This document shows, piece after piece, positions 1-14,843 of a DNA stretch of 64,000 nucleotides (its first letter is position 1; the number at the start of each line of letters is the position of its first letter). The DNA comes from an uncultured Actinomycetes bacterium (GTDB lineage Bacteria > Actinomycetota > Thermoleophilia > Gaiellales > JAICJC01): the NCBI GenBank assembly GCA_963707585.1, contig CAVPQP010000003.1, positions 334,511 through 398,510 of the forward strand. The letters run 5' to 3'. A model generated the notes under the pieces. The model was given only the letters and a program-made list of their open reading frames with translations. It made no database searches and was not told where the DNA came from. Both the position numbers and the translations under genes were made by a program.

Positions 1-3572
<3,572 letters not shown>

Positions 3573-3573
<1 letters not shown>

Positions 3574-5212
3574 CAGACGCCCTCCGGGATCATCTCGATG
3601 GCATGCACCGGGCACTGCTCGAAGCAGGCGCCGCAGCCGGTGCAGCGGTCGTAGTCGAAGCGGTAGCGGCTGGCCGACGCCGAGCTTGATCACCGCATCC
3701 TCGGGGCACGCGCCCAGGCAGCCGTCGCACTCGAAGCAGTTGCCGCACGAGAGGCAGCGCCCGGCCTCGTAGGTGGCCTGCTCGCGGTCGAGCCCGCCGA
3801 GCACCTCCTCGAACCCGGACACGCGCTCGAGCGGGCGGCTGCTCGGGCTGCTGCCCCATCGGGGCGTCGGCGAAGTACCAGACGTGCAGCTTGTCGTAGC
3901 CGGCCTGCGGATGCTTCGGGGGCCGGCTCGTGCACCGTGCCGCGCAGGTAGGCGTCGATGTGGCGCGCGGCCGCCTTGCCGTGGCCCGCGGCGACCGTGA
4001 CGCTGCGCTCGGCCGGGACGGCGTCGCCGCCCGCGAACACGCCCGGACAGCCCGTCATGAGCGATCCGGACACCGCGACGACGCCGTCGCGGGCGAGCTC
4101 GACGCCCGGGACGTGGCGCAGGAACTCGGTGTCGGCGTCCTGGCCGAGCGCGAGCACGACCGTGTCGGCCTCGAGCGACTCGAAGCGGCCGGTCGGGTGC
4201 GGCCGGCCCTGGTCGTCGAGCTCCATCACCTCGACCTTGAGCTCGGGCCCGTCGATCTCGGCGATCGTGCGCAGCCAGTGGATCTTCACGCCCTCGCGCT
4301 CGGCATCCTCGGCCTCGTAGGCGTGGGCGGGCATCTGCTCGCGCGTGCGCCGGTAGACGATCAGCGCCTCGGTCGCGCCCAGCCGGCGCGACACGCGCGC
4401 GGCGTCCATCGCCGTGTTGCCGCCGCCGTAGACGGCGACGCGGCGGCCCGAGCTGCGGCCGCTCGCCGCCGGCGACGCTGCGCAGGAGCGCGACCGCGTC
4501 GACGATCCGGCCGGCGTCGCGCGCGGGGATGTCGACGTGCTTGGCCAGGTGCGCCCCGACCGCGACGAAGACGGCGTCGAACCCGCCCTCCTCGCGCTCG
4601 GCGGCCAGGTCCTCGACCTTGTGGTCGAGCGTGATCCGCACCCCGAGCGACTCGATCCGGGCGATCTCGGCGTCGAGGATGTCGCGCGGGCAGGCGGTAC
4701 GCGGGGATGCCGAAGCGCATCATCCCGCCCGCGGCAGGGCCGGCGTCGCGGATCTCGACGTCGTGGCCGAGCAGGCGCAGGTGGTGCGCGGCGCACAGGC
4801 CGCTCGGGCCGGCGCCGATCACGAGCACGCGCCTGCCGGTTGGGGCCGGGAGGTCGCCGATGGGTGAAGCCCTGCTCGATCGCGAGGTCGCCCAGGAAGC
4901 GCTCGACCGCGTGGATCGACACCTGCGTGTCGAGGTGGGCGCGGTTGCAGACGTCCTCGCACGGGTGGTAGCAGACGCGGCCGTGGATGGCCGGGAGCGG
5001 GTTGTCGCGCACGATCTGCGCGCCAGGCGTCCTCGTAGCGGCGCGCCTCGACGTGGGCGAGCCAGGCCTGGATGTTCTCGCCGGCCGGGCAGGCGGCGTT
5101 GCACGGCGGCAGCAGGTCGACGTACTCCGGGCCGGCGGGCACGGACGGGCCCGACGCCACCGGGGTTCGTCAGGTCGGGCAGGCGGGTGAGGTCGGCCGG
5201 CTCCTGGGGCAT
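3573..5212 (-). CDS. GltD/DsrL-like NAD(P)-binding Fe-S flavoprotein with C-terminal 2x[4Fe-4S] ferredoxin domain; frameshifted
   Basis: Fragments LLPPCNAACPAGE, GRVCYHPCE, VLVIGAGPSGL, GGMMRFGIPAYRLP, VAVYGGGNTAMD, GVFAGGD, RCLSCGNCFECDGCLGACP; coupled to nifJ. Confidence 0.88.
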
Positions 5213-5392
5213 GCGGCCCAGCCTAGGTTGCAGGCAGCGGGGTCGCATCGGGGCTGACGCGGTCCCGCCATGCGGGGTTCTACCACCCGCCGGTGGATCC
5301 CGCAGGTCGCGTGGCCCCACGGAGAGGCGGCGAAGGCGATAGCGTGCCCTCGGTGCTTCGGTCGCACCGGAAGCCTGAACGAGGAGGACGAG

Positions 5393-6868
5393 ATGAGCGC
5401 AACCGACACGCGCGCGAAGGACTGCCGCCATCTGATCGGCGGCCAGTGGGTCGACTCGGCGGAGGGCGGCCGGTTCGACGATGTCGATCCGTACACCGGC
5501 GACGTGGTCGCAACGGTCGCCGCCGGCGGGCGCGAGGACGCGCGGCGGGCGATCGAGGCAGCGCACGAGGCCTTCGCGGGCTGGTCTCAGGCCGGCCCCG
5601 GGCAGCGCCAGGCCGTGTTCCTGAAGGCCGCCGACGTCCTCGAGTCGCGCCGCGACGAGGTCGTCGACTGGCTCGCCAAGGAGACCGGCTGCAGCTTCGG
5701 CTTCGGCATGTTCCAGATGGGGTTCGTGCCCGGCCTCTTCCGCCAGGCTGCCGGCGCCGCCTACGCCCCGCTCGGCCAGGTGCTGCCGTCCGACATGCCC
5801 GGCGCGTTCGCGATGGGCATGCGCCGGCCGGTCGGCGTCGTCGGCGCGATCTCGCCGTGGAACGCGGCCCTGATCCTGTCGGCCCGCGCGATCGCGGCGC
5901 CGATCGTGTTCGGGAACACGGTCGTGCTCTCGCCGTCGGAGGAGTCCCCGTACGTCGGCGGCCTCCTGTGGGGCGAGATCTTCGCCGAGGCCGGCCTGCC
6001 GGAGGGCGTGCTGAACATCGTCACGCACGACCGCGACGGCGCGGCGGCGATCGGCGCGGAGCTCGTCGAGAACCCGCGCGTGCGCCGGATCAACTTCACC
6101 GGCTCGACGGCCACCGGTCGCAAGCTGGCCGAGGCCGCCGGACGCCACCTCAAGCGCGTCGTCCTCGAGCTCGGCGGCCAGAACCCGCTGATCGTGCTCG
6201 CCGACGCCGACCTCACCTACGCCGTCGACGCGGCCACGTTCGGCGCGTACCTGCACCAGGGCCAGATCTGCATGTCGGCCCGGCGCATCATCGTCGAGCG
6301 ACCGATCGCCGAGGAGTTCACCAAGGCGCTGGCGGCCAAGGTGGCGGGCCTCGGCGTCGGCGATCCGCGCGAGCACACGACCATCATCGGCCCGCTGATC
6401 ACGCCGGCGGCGCTCGAGACGGTCAGCCGGCGCGTCGACGACGTCGTGAAGGCGGGGGCGAAGGTGCTCGCGGGCGGAAGCGCCGAGGGCAGCTGCTACC
6501 GCGCGACCCTGCTCACCGACGTGCCCCGCGACAGCGAGTTCGCCCAGGTCGAGACCTTCGGCCCGGTGGCGTCGATCGAGGTCGTCGACAGCGCCGACGA
6601 GGCCGTCGCCGCCGCGAATGCGACCAGCTACGGGCTCGCGTCCGGCATCATCACGACCGACCCCGACAGGGGCCTTGCGATCGCGGGCCGGCTCGAGGCC
6701 GGCATCGTCCACGTCAACGACCAGCCGGTGCACGACGAGCCGCAGATGCCGTTCGGCGGCGTCAAGGACAGCGGCTGGGGCCGCTTCGGCGGGACGTTCG
6801 CGATGGACGAGTTCACCGAGATGCAGTGGGTGACCGTGCAGACGGGGACGCGGCCGTTCCCGTTCTGA
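5393..6868 (+). CDS. Aldehyde dehydrogenase, probably aromatic (vanillin/4-hydroxybenzaldehyde-type by context)
   Basis: ISPWNAA, FTGSTATG, LELGGQNP, GQICMS (catalytic Cys), ETFGP, PFGGVKDSG; GAGGAGG RBS before ATG 5393; first gene of the pca/pob operon. Confidence 0.88.
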   Translation: MSATDTRAKDCRHLIGGQWVDSAEGGRFDDVDPYTGDVVATVAAGGREDARRAIEAAHEAFAGWSQAGPGQRQAVFLKAADVLESRRDEVVDWLAKETGCSFGFGMFQMGFVPGLFRQAAGAAYAPLGQVLPSDMPGAFAMGMRRPVGVVGAISPWNAALILSARAIAAPIVFGNTVVLSPSEESPYVGGLLWGEIFAEAGLPEGVLNIVTHDRDGAAAIGAELVENPRVRRINFTGSTATGRKLAEAAGRHLKRVVLELGGQNPLIVLADADLTYAVDAATFGAYLHQGQICMSARRIIVERPIAEEFTKALAAKVAGLGVGDPREHTTIIGPLITPAALETVSRRVDDVVKAGAKVLAGGSAEGSCYRATLLTDVPRDSEFAQVETFGPVASIEVVDSADEAVAAANATSYGLASGIITTDPDRGLAIAGRLEAGIVHVNDQPVHDEPQMPFGGVKDSGWGRFGGTFAMDEFTEMQWVTVQTGTRPFPF

Positions 6869-6890
6869 GCGAGCCGATCGAGGGAGAGCG

Positions 6891-7702
6891 ATGGCGGAGA
6901 TAGTCAGCCTGGAGGAGGCCGTGGCCGAGCTCGTCTCGGACGGCGACACCGTGGCGCTCGAGGGCTTCACCCACCTGATCCCGCACGCCGCCGGCCACGA
7001 GCTGATCCGCCAGGGCCGCCGCGGCCTCACGCTGATCCGGCTCACGCCCGACGTCGTCTACGACCAGCTGATCGGCACCGGCTGCGCGGCAAAGCTCGTG
7101 TTCTCGTGGGGCGGCAACCCCGGCGTCGGCTCGCTCCACCGCCTGCGCGAGGCGGTCGAGCACGGCTGGCCCGAGCCGCTCGAGCTCGAGGAGCACTCCC
7201 ACGCCGGCATGGCCGCCGCCTACGCCGCCGGAGCGGCCAACCTGCCGTTCGCCGTGCTGCGCGGCTACGCGGGCACCGACCTGCCGCAGCACACGCAGGC
7301 GGCGTGGATCGAGTGCCCGTTCACCGGCGAGCGGCTCGCGGCGGTGCCGGCGCTGCGGCCCGACGTCGGCATCATCCACGCGCAGCGCGCCGACCGGAAG
7401 GGCAACGTCCAGCTGTGGGGGATCAGCGGCGTCCAGAAGGAGGCGGTGCTCGCGGCCTCGCGCTCGCTCGGCGACCGTCGAGGAGATCGTGGACGAGCTC
7501 GACCCCGTGCCGGGCGCGGTGATCCTGCCGACGTGGGTGGTGAGCGCCGTGGCGGTCGCCGCCGGGCGGCGCCCACCCCTCCTACGTGCACGGCTACTAC
7601 GAGCGCGACAACGCCTTCTATCGCCGGTGGGACGGGATCAGCCGCGACCGCGACGCGTTCTCGGACTGGATCCGCGAGCACGTCCTGGAGGCGGCCGGGT
7701 GA
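6891..7702 (+). CDS. pcaI: 3-oxoadipate CoA-transferase subunit A (CatI/GctA type); frameshifted near 7470 and 7560
   Basis: LEGFTHLIPHAAGHE, FSWGGNPGVGSLHR, EEHSHAGM, HAQRADRKGN; GTGA overlap with the next gene. Confidence 0.88.
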
Positions 7703-8466
7703 GCGGATACACCTCCGAGGAGATGATGGCGGTGGCCGCCGCCCGCAAGCTGCGCGACGGCGCCGCGGTGTTCGTCGGCATCGGCCTGCCCAGCCGCGCG
7801 GCGAACCTCGCCCGCGCCACCCACGCGCCCGGGTGCGTGCTGATCTACGAGAGCGGCACGATCGGGGCCAAGCCGCTCAACCTGCCGCTCTCGATCGGCG
7901 ACGGCGAGCTGGCCGAGACCGCCGACGCGGTCGTCTCGGTGCCCGAGATCTTCAGCTACTGGCTGCAGGGCGGGCGGATCGACGTCGGCTTCCTCGGCGC
8001 CGCGCAGATCGATCGCCACGCCAACCTGAACAGCACGGTGATCGGCGACTACGACCACCCCCGCGTGCGCCTGCCCGGCGGCGGCGGCGCGCCCGAGATC
8101 GCGGCGTCGTGCAAGGAGACGCTCGTGGTCCTGAAGCAGTCGCCGCGCACGTTCGTCGAGCGGCTCGACTTCATCACGTCGGTCGGGTTCGGCGACGGCC
8201 CCGGAGCGCGGGAGCGGCTCGGCCTGACCGGCGGCGGCGTGAGCGCCGTCATCACCGACCTCGGCGAGCTCGAGCCGGATCCGGAGAGCTGCGAGCTCAC
8301 GCTGACGCGGATCCACCCGGGCGTGACCGTCGATCAGGTGATCGCGGCCACCGGCTGGCAGCTGCGGGTCTCCGCCGACGTCGTCATGAGCACGCCGCCG
8401 AGCGAGCGCGAGCTCGCGGCGCTGCGATCGCTGCACACCGCCGAGGAGCGGGAGCCGGCCGGATGA
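7699..8466 (+). CDS. pcaJ: 3-oxoadipate CoA-transferase subunit B
   Basis: FVGIGLPS, LIYESGTIG, IDVGFLGAAQIDRHANLNST, RLPGGGGAPEIA. Confidence 0.9.
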   Translation: MSGYTSEEMMAVAAARKLRDGAAVFVGIGLPSRAANLARATHAPGCVLIYESGTIGAKPLNLPLSIGDGELAETADAVVSVPEIFSYWLQGGRIDVGFLGAAQIDRHANLNSTVIGDYDHPRVRLPGGGGAPEIAASCKETLVVLKQSPRTFVERLDFITSVGFGDGPGARERLGLTGGGVSAVITDLGELEPDPESCELTLTRIHPGVTVDQVIAATGWQLRVSADVVMSTPPSERELAALRSLHTAEEREPAG

Positions 8467-9179
8467 GCGGGCCGGCAGATCGAGCGCGTCGCGCGACGGC
8501 GCCGACGGCACCGTGCACCCGCCCTACCTGCACCCCGACTACCGCTCGTCGCGGCTGCGGGCGCCGCTGCGCCCGCTCGTCCTGCTGCCCGAGTCGATGC
8601 ACGACCCGTCGGGGCCGGTGTACGGCGACGGCCCGCTCGCCGAGTCGGACTCCGACCTCACCCGCCAGCACGCCGGGGAGCCGCTGGGCGAGCGCATCAT
8701 CGTCACCGGCCGCGTGCTCGACGGCGCGGGCCGGCCGGTGCCGGACGCGCTGATCGAGCTGTGGCAGGCGAACGCGGCCGGCCGCTACGTCCACGAGCGC
8801 GACCAGCACCCGGCCCCGCTCGATCCGAACTTCACCGGCGCCGGCCGCTGCCTCACCGGCAGCGACGGCACGCTACCGGTTCACGACGGTGAAGCCCGGC
8901 GCCTACCCGTGGCGCAACCACCCGAACGCCTGGCGCCCGGCCCACATCCACTTCTCGGTGTTCGGGCGCGCGTTCACCGACCGCCTGGTCACGCAGATGT
9001 ACTTCCCCGGCGACCCGCTGTTCGCGTCCGACCCGATCTTCCAGTCGATCCGCGAGCCGCGCCTGCGCGAGCGGCTGGTCTCGGCGCTCGACTGGGAGAC
9101 GACGACGCCGGAGTGGGCGCTCGGCTACCGCTTCGACATCGTGCTCGGCGGCCGCGACCGAACCCCGGCCGAGGGCTGA
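8463..9179 (+). CDS. pcaH: Protocatechuate 3,4-dioxygenase beta subunit; frameshifted
   Basis: GEPLGERIIVTGRVLD, ELWQANAAGRY, DPNFTGAGRC, KPGAYPWRNHPNAWRPAHIHFS (Fe ligands), TQMYFPGDP. Confidence 0.93.
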
Positions 9180-9183
9180 GCGG

Positions 9184-9685
9184 ATGGCCGCGGCGACGCC
9201 GTCACAGACCGTGGGGCCGTTCTTCGCCTTCGGCCTCTGCGCGGCGGATCGCCACGAGCTGGTCGACCCGGCGCGGCCCGGCGCGATCCGCCTCGGCGGC
9301 ACCGTGCGCGACGGCGAGGGCGCGCCCGTGCCCGACGCGATGGTCGAGATCTGGCAGCGCGACGAGCACGGCGGGCATCCGGCCGGATTCGGCTGCGGCC
9401 GCTGCGGCACCGACGCCGACGGCCGGTACGGCTTCGTCACCGTGAAGCCCGGTGGCGCGGGCGCGCCGTTCGTGTCGGTGCTCGTGTTCGCCCGCGGCCT
9501 GCTGAAGCCGCTGCTCACCCGGATCTACTTCCCGGACGAGCCGGCGAACGCCGCCGACCCGCTGCTCGCGGCGCTGACCGAGGCCGAGCGCGCCGGGCTG
9601 ATCGCATCCGCGCAGGCGGCGGGCGACCTCGGGCTTCGACATCCACCTGCAGGGCGACCGGCAGACGACGTTCCTCGTGCCATGA
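9184..9685 (+). CDS. pcaG: Protocatechuate 3,4-dioxygenase alpha subunit; frameshift near the 3' end
   Basis: TPSQTVGPFF, PVPDAMVEIWQ, VFARGLLK, TRIYFPDE; real end ...QTTFLVP-TGA overlaps the pcaB ATG. Confidence 0.9.
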
Positions 9686-11005
9686 CCGCGTTTGCCCCGC
9701 TCCTTCTCCCGCCCGAGCTCGAGCACGCGCTGTCCGACCGGGCCTGGCTCGCGGCCATGCTCGAGGCCGAGCGCGCGCTCGTGAACGCCGAGGCGATCGC
9801 GGGCGTCGTGCCCGCGCACCTCGCGGGGGCCATCGCCGAGCGCTGCCGTCCCGACCTCTACGACGCCGAGGCGATCATCCGCGACGGCCGCGCCGCGGGC
9901 AACCCGGCCGAGCCGCTCGTGCGCGCGATCCGGGCCGGCCTCGACCGCGAGGCGGCCGGGTTCGTGCACTGGGGCGCGACGAGCCAGGACATCGTCGACA
10001 CCGCGGCGATGCTGATCGCCCGGCGCGCGCTGGGCCTGACCGGCGGCTGGCTCGATGCGATCGCGGCGCGGTGCGCGGCGCTCGCGGCCGTCGCACCGCT
10101 CGACGCCCATCGCCGGCCGCACCCTGATGCAGCAGGCGGTGCCGACGACGTTCGGCCTGAAGGCGGCCGGATGGCTGCTCGGCGTCCGCGAGGCCCGCAC
10201 CCTGCTCGCGCACGTGCGCGAGGACCGCCTGCGCGCCCAGCTCGGCGGCGCGGTCGGGTCGTTGCAGGTGCTCGGCGAGCGACGCGGGCGAGGTGGTGCG
10301 CCTGTACGCCCGCGAGCTCGACCTGCCCGCGCCGCCCGCGCCGTGGCACACCGACCGGATCGCCCTGATCGAGCTCGGCGCGGCGCTCGCCGCGGTCGCC
10401 GCCGCCGCGGCCAAGATCGCGACGGACGTCGTGCTGCTCGCCCAGACCGAGGTGGCCGAGGTGCGCGAGGGTGCGGGCGGCGCCTCGTCGACGATGCCGC
10501 ACAAGCGCAACCCGGCCGTCTCGGTGCGGGCGCTCGCCTGTGCCGCGACCGCCCGCACGCACTCGTGCGCGCTCGTCTGCGCCGAGCCGCATCAGCACGA
10601 GCGGGCCGCCGGGCCGTGGCAGGCCGAGTGGGACGCGCTCACCGGGGCGCTCGCAGGGGCCGGCGGCGCGACCGCGGCGGTCGCCGAGCTGCTGTCCGGC
10701 CTCGTGGTCGACGCCGACCGCATGCGCCGCAACCTCGACCTCACGGGCGGCCTGGTGACGGCCGAGCGGATCGTCGTACGCCGCTGCGCCGCGCGTCGGG
10801 CTCGTCGCCGCGCGCAGCGTGGTCGAGCGCGCCGCCGCCCGCGCGGGATCCGAAGGCGTCGCGTTCCGCAAGGCGCTCATCGACAGCGAGGGCCTGGGGC
10901 TCACGCTCGCCGAGATCGACGCCCTGCTCGACCCGGCCGCCGGGCTCGAATCCGCCGCCGCCCTTGTCGACCACGTGCTGGACGGGGGGAGAGGAGCCGA
11001 AGTGA
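9682..11005 (+). CDS. pcaB: 3-carboxy-cis,cis-muconate cycloisomerase (fumarase/lyase superfamily); frameshifted
   Basis: [30 protein letters not shown], signature [24 protein letters not shown]. Confidence 0.9.
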
Positions 11006-11384
11006 GAGACGATCCCATCGAGCGGGGGATGAGCGTGCGCCGCGAGGTGCTGGGAGACGCGCATGTCGACGCGTCGCGTCGCGTCCGCGTCCGAGGTGAC
11101 CGCCGAGTTCGGCGAGCTGATCACGCGCTACGCGTGGGGCGAGATCTGGGCGCGGCCGGGCCTTGACCGGCGCACGCGCAGCTGCATCACCCTGACCGCG
11201 CTCGTCGCGGGCGGCCACCACGGCGAGCTGGCGCTGCACCTGCGCGGAGCGCGCCGCAACGGCCTTGGGTGGGACGAGATCAAGGAGGTGCTGCTGCAGA
11301 CGGCCGTCTACTGCGGCGTGCCGGCGGCGAACTCGGCCTTCGCGAGTCGCCCAGCAGGTGTACGAGGAGGAGCGCGGCGCGTGA
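11002..11384 (+). CDS. pcaC: 4-carboxymuconolactone decarboxylase, stand-alone; frameshifted
   Basis: [63 protein letters not shown]. Confidence 0.9.
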
Positions 11385-12560
11385 GCCGGGCCGTGATCCT
11401 GTCGGCCGTGCGCACGCCGATCGGCCGCTACGGCGGCGCGCTCGCAGGCGTGCGCCCCGACGACCTGGCCGCGGTCGCCGTGCGGGCCGCGGTCGAGCGG
11501 GCGGGGGTCGCGCCGGAGCAGGTCGAGGACGTCTACCTCGGCTGCGCGAACCAGGCGGGCGAGGACAACCGCGACGTCGCCCGCATGGCCGTGCTCCTGG
11601 CCGGCTTCCCGCAGTCGGTGCCCGGGGTGACGGTGAACCGCCTGTGCGCCTCGGGGCTCTCGGCCGTCGTCATGGCGTGCCACGCGGTCGCGGCCGGCGA
11701 CGGCGACCTGTTCGTGGCCGGCGGGGTCGAGTCGATGACGCGCGCGCCGCTCTCGATGCCCAAGCCGGGCCGCGCATACGAGCGCGGGCACCGCACGCTG
11801 TACGACACGACGCTCGGCTGGCGCTATCCCAACCCGCGCCTCGAGGCGATGTTCCCGCTCGAGAGCATGGGGGAGACCGGCGAGAACGTGGCCGAGCGCT
11901 GCGGCATCTCGCGGGACGACCAGGACGCCTTCGCGCTGCGCTCGCAGCGCAGCTGGGCGGCGGCGCAGGACGCGGGCCGGTTCGCCGACGAGATCATCCC
12001 GGTCGGCGACCTTGATCGCGACGAGCATCCCCGGCCCGAGACGACCGCCGAGGGACTCGCCGAGCTCAAGCCGGCGTTCCGCCCGAGTGGGAGCGTCACC
12101 GCCGGCAACTCGAGCGGCATGAACGACGGCGCCGCTGCGCTCGTGATCGCGAGCGAGGAGCGGGCGGCGGCGCTCGGCAGCAACGCCGCTTGCGACCTTC
12201 CGCGGCAGCGCCTCGGTCGGCGTCGATCCGCGGGTGATGGGGATCGGGCCGATCCCCGCCGTGCGCAGGCTGCTCGAGCGCACCGGGATCGGCATCGACG
12301 CGATCGACCTGGTCGAGCTGAACGAGGCGTTCGCGTCGCAGAGCGTCGCCGTCGTGCGCGAGCTCGGGATCGATCCCGGCCGGGTGAACGTGAACGGCGG
12401 CGCGATCGCGCTCGGCCACCCGCTCGGGATGAGCGGCGCCCGCCTCGTCGTCTCGCTCGTGCACGAGCTGCGCCGGCGGGGCGGCCGCTACGGCCTCGCG
12501 ACCCTGTGCGTCGGCGTCGGCCAGGGCCAGGCGGCGCTGTTCGAGGCGCCCGGCGGGTGA
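11381..12560 (+). CDS. pcaF: Beta-ketoadipyl-CoA thiolase (PcaF/PaaJ type); frameshift near 12185
   Basis: [70 protein letters not shown]. Confidence 0.88.
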
Positions 12561-13749
12561 CCGTCGCGCGCACTCAGGTCGGGATCGTCGGCGCGGGGCC
12601 GGCCGGCCTCGTGCTGGCGCAGCTCCTGCGCAGCCGCGGCGATCGAGTCGGTCGTGCTCGAGAGCCGCAGCCGCGACCACTGCGAGAAGCGCATCCGCGC
12701 GGGCGTGCTCGAGCAGGGCACGGTCGACCTGCTCGAGGCGATCGGCGCCGGCGAGCGGCTGCGGCGCGAGGGCATCGTCCACCACGGCGTCGAGCTGCAG
12801 TTCGACGGCGGGCGCCACCGCATCGCGCTCTCCGACCTCACCGGCGGCGCGGCGATCGTGATCTACGGGCAGACCGAGGTGGTCAAGGATCTGATCGCGC
12901 TGCGCCTCGGCCAGGGCGATCCGCTCCTGTTCGAGGTCTCCGATGTCGCGCTGCACGACCTCGACCGGAGCCGCGCCCCGGATCACGTATCGCCACGACG
13001 GCGGCGAGCACGAGCTCGTGTGCGACCTGATCGCCGGCTGCGACGGCTTCCACGGCGCGTCGCGGCCGGCGATCCCGGCCGGCGTGCTGCGCGCGACCGA
13101 GCGCGACTACCCGTTCGGCTGGCTCGGCATCCTCGCCGACGTCGCGCCGTCGAGCGACGAGCTCGTCTACGCCCACCACGAGCGCGGGTTCGCCCTGCTC
13201 AGCCTACGCTCGCCGGTGCTCAGCCGCCTGTACATCCAGGTGCGCCACGACGAGGACGTCGCCGAGTGGTCCGACGACCGCATCTGGGCCGAGCTGCAGA
13301 CGCGCCTCGGGACGCCCGGCTGGACGCTCGCCGAGGGGCCGATCCTGGAGAAGGGCGTCACCGGAATGCGCAGCTTCGTCGCCGCGCCGATGCAGCACGG
13401 CCGGCTGTACCTGGCCGGGGACGCCGCGCACATCGTGCCGCCGACCGGAGCGAAGGGGCTGAACCTCGCCATCGCCGACGTCGAGCTGCTCGGCGAGGCG
13501 ATCGCGGCGTGGTATGCGACCGGGGACCGCTCGGGTCTCGACGGCTACACCGACGCGTGTCTGCGGCGGGTTTGGCGCGCCGAGCACTTCTCGTGGTGGA
13601 TGACCTCGATGCTGCACCGGCTGCCCGGCGACGACCGGTTCGACCTCGAGCTGCAGCTGGCTCAGCTGCGCTACGTCACCTCCTCGACCGCGGCGGCGAC
13701 GACCCTGGCCGAGAACTACGTCGGCCTCGCCGGCCGGATGATGCGCTGA
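12557..13749 (+). CDS. pobA: 4-hydroxybenzoate 3-monooxygenase; frameshifted
   Basis: [90 protein letters not shown]. Confidence 0.95.
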
Positions 13750-14432
13750 TGCCGCTGCAGAACAGGGTCACGCCGCTCGGTGAGCTGATCGCCGCCCCCG
13801 CGCGCGGCCTGGTCTACGGCAACCGCGGCTGCCTGCACGACGCGCACGGGCGGGTCCGCCGCCACTTCCAGGTGAAGCGCTGGATCGCCTGCCGGCTGCA
13901 GTTCCGCGGCTGGCAGCGCGGGCCGATGATGCAGCCGGGCCGCTTCACCGAGCTCTTCTTCCTCGACGAGGCGACCGCGTTTGCGGCCGGCCACCGGCCG
14001 TGCGCGCTCTGCCGGCGCGAGGACTACAACCGCTTCGGCCGCATCTGGGCCGGGCTGCATCCGGGCCGGGCCGGAGCCGACGCGATCGACGCCCAGCTGC
14101 ACTCGGAGCGGCTCGATCCATCGCGGCGCCGCAACCGCACCCACGCGGCTGCGTTCGCGGAGCTCCCCGACGGCGCCTTCGTGCTCGTCGAGAGCGACCC
14201 CTACCTCGTGCTCGGCCGCGAGCTCCTGCTGTGGTCGCCCTCGGGCTACGCCGCCCGCCGGCCCCGGCCCGACGGCCCCGCCGAGGCGATCACCCCGCCG
14301 TCGCTGCTTGCGGTGCTGCGGGCAGGCTGGCAGGGTGCTGTGCCCGTCCTGCATCCGTCGGCCCAGCAGGTGCCTGGCACGGCGCGCCGGTGCCAGGCAC
14401 CGGTCGAACGACCCGCTAGCCCCCGTTGGTGA
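13749..14432 (+). CDS. Conserved hypothetical protein with an Ada-like Cys motif (GHRPCxxC)
   Basis: [51 protein letters not shown]; TGATG coupling to pobA. Confidence 0.75.
   Translation: MPLQNRVTPLGELIAAPARGLVYGNRGCLHDAHGRVRRHFQVKRWIACRLQFRGWQRGPMMQPGRFTELFFLDEATAFAAGHRPCALCRREDYNRFGRIWAGLHPGRAGADAIDAQLHSERLDPSRRRNRTHAAAFAELPDGAFVLVESDPYLVLGRELLLWSPSGYAARRPRPDGPAEAITPPSLLAVLRAGWQGAVPVLHPSAQQVPGTARRCQAPVERPASPRW
14369..14401. repeat. REP-like palindrome pair GTGCCTGGCAC / GTGCCAGGCAC
   Basis: Two inverted 11-mers at 14370-14380 and 14390-14400. Each is itself a palindrome around a central base, and together they form a hairpin near the junction of convergent genes. Confidence 0.65.
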
Positions 14433-14784
14433 GGCCGACCACGCGGCCCTCCGGGTCGGTGAAGACGCCGATCACGAGATCGCCCATGACCTGCTCGGGG
14501 CCCATCATGCGCGCGCCGCCGAGGCTCTCGGCCTGCTGCAACGCCGCCTCGACGTCAGGCACGGCGACGTAGAAGGTGACGTGGCCGTCGTAGCCCTCGG
14601 GGGCACGGCCGATGCCCCCGCCGATGCCGACGCCCTCGCGTGTGAGGTTCGCCTCGCGGTCGACAATGGCGTACCCCATCGGGTTGTCGGCGTTGAGCTC
14701 CCACCCGAACATGCCCGAGTAGAACGCCTGCGCCTGCTCCATGTCCTTCGTGATCACCTCGAAATGGACGACCGGCTGTCCCAT
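14416..14784 (-). CDS. VOC/glyoxalase family protein
   Basis: VVHFEV, FYSGMFGW, GIGGGI, VTFYVAVPDV, GVFTDPEGRVVGL; GAAGGGAG RBS. Confidence 0.88.
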   Translation of the reverse strand: MGQPVVHFEVITKDMEQAQAFYSGMFGWELNADNPMGYAIVDREANLTREGVGIGGGIGRAPEGYDGHVTFYVAVPDVEAALQQAESLGGARMMGPEQVMGDLVIGVFTDPEGRVVGLTNGG

Positions 14785-14843
14785 CCCCGCTCCCTTCGTG
14801 GCGTGTGTCGATCCGGCCGGAGTCTAGAGAGCGCGGGCCTGCC

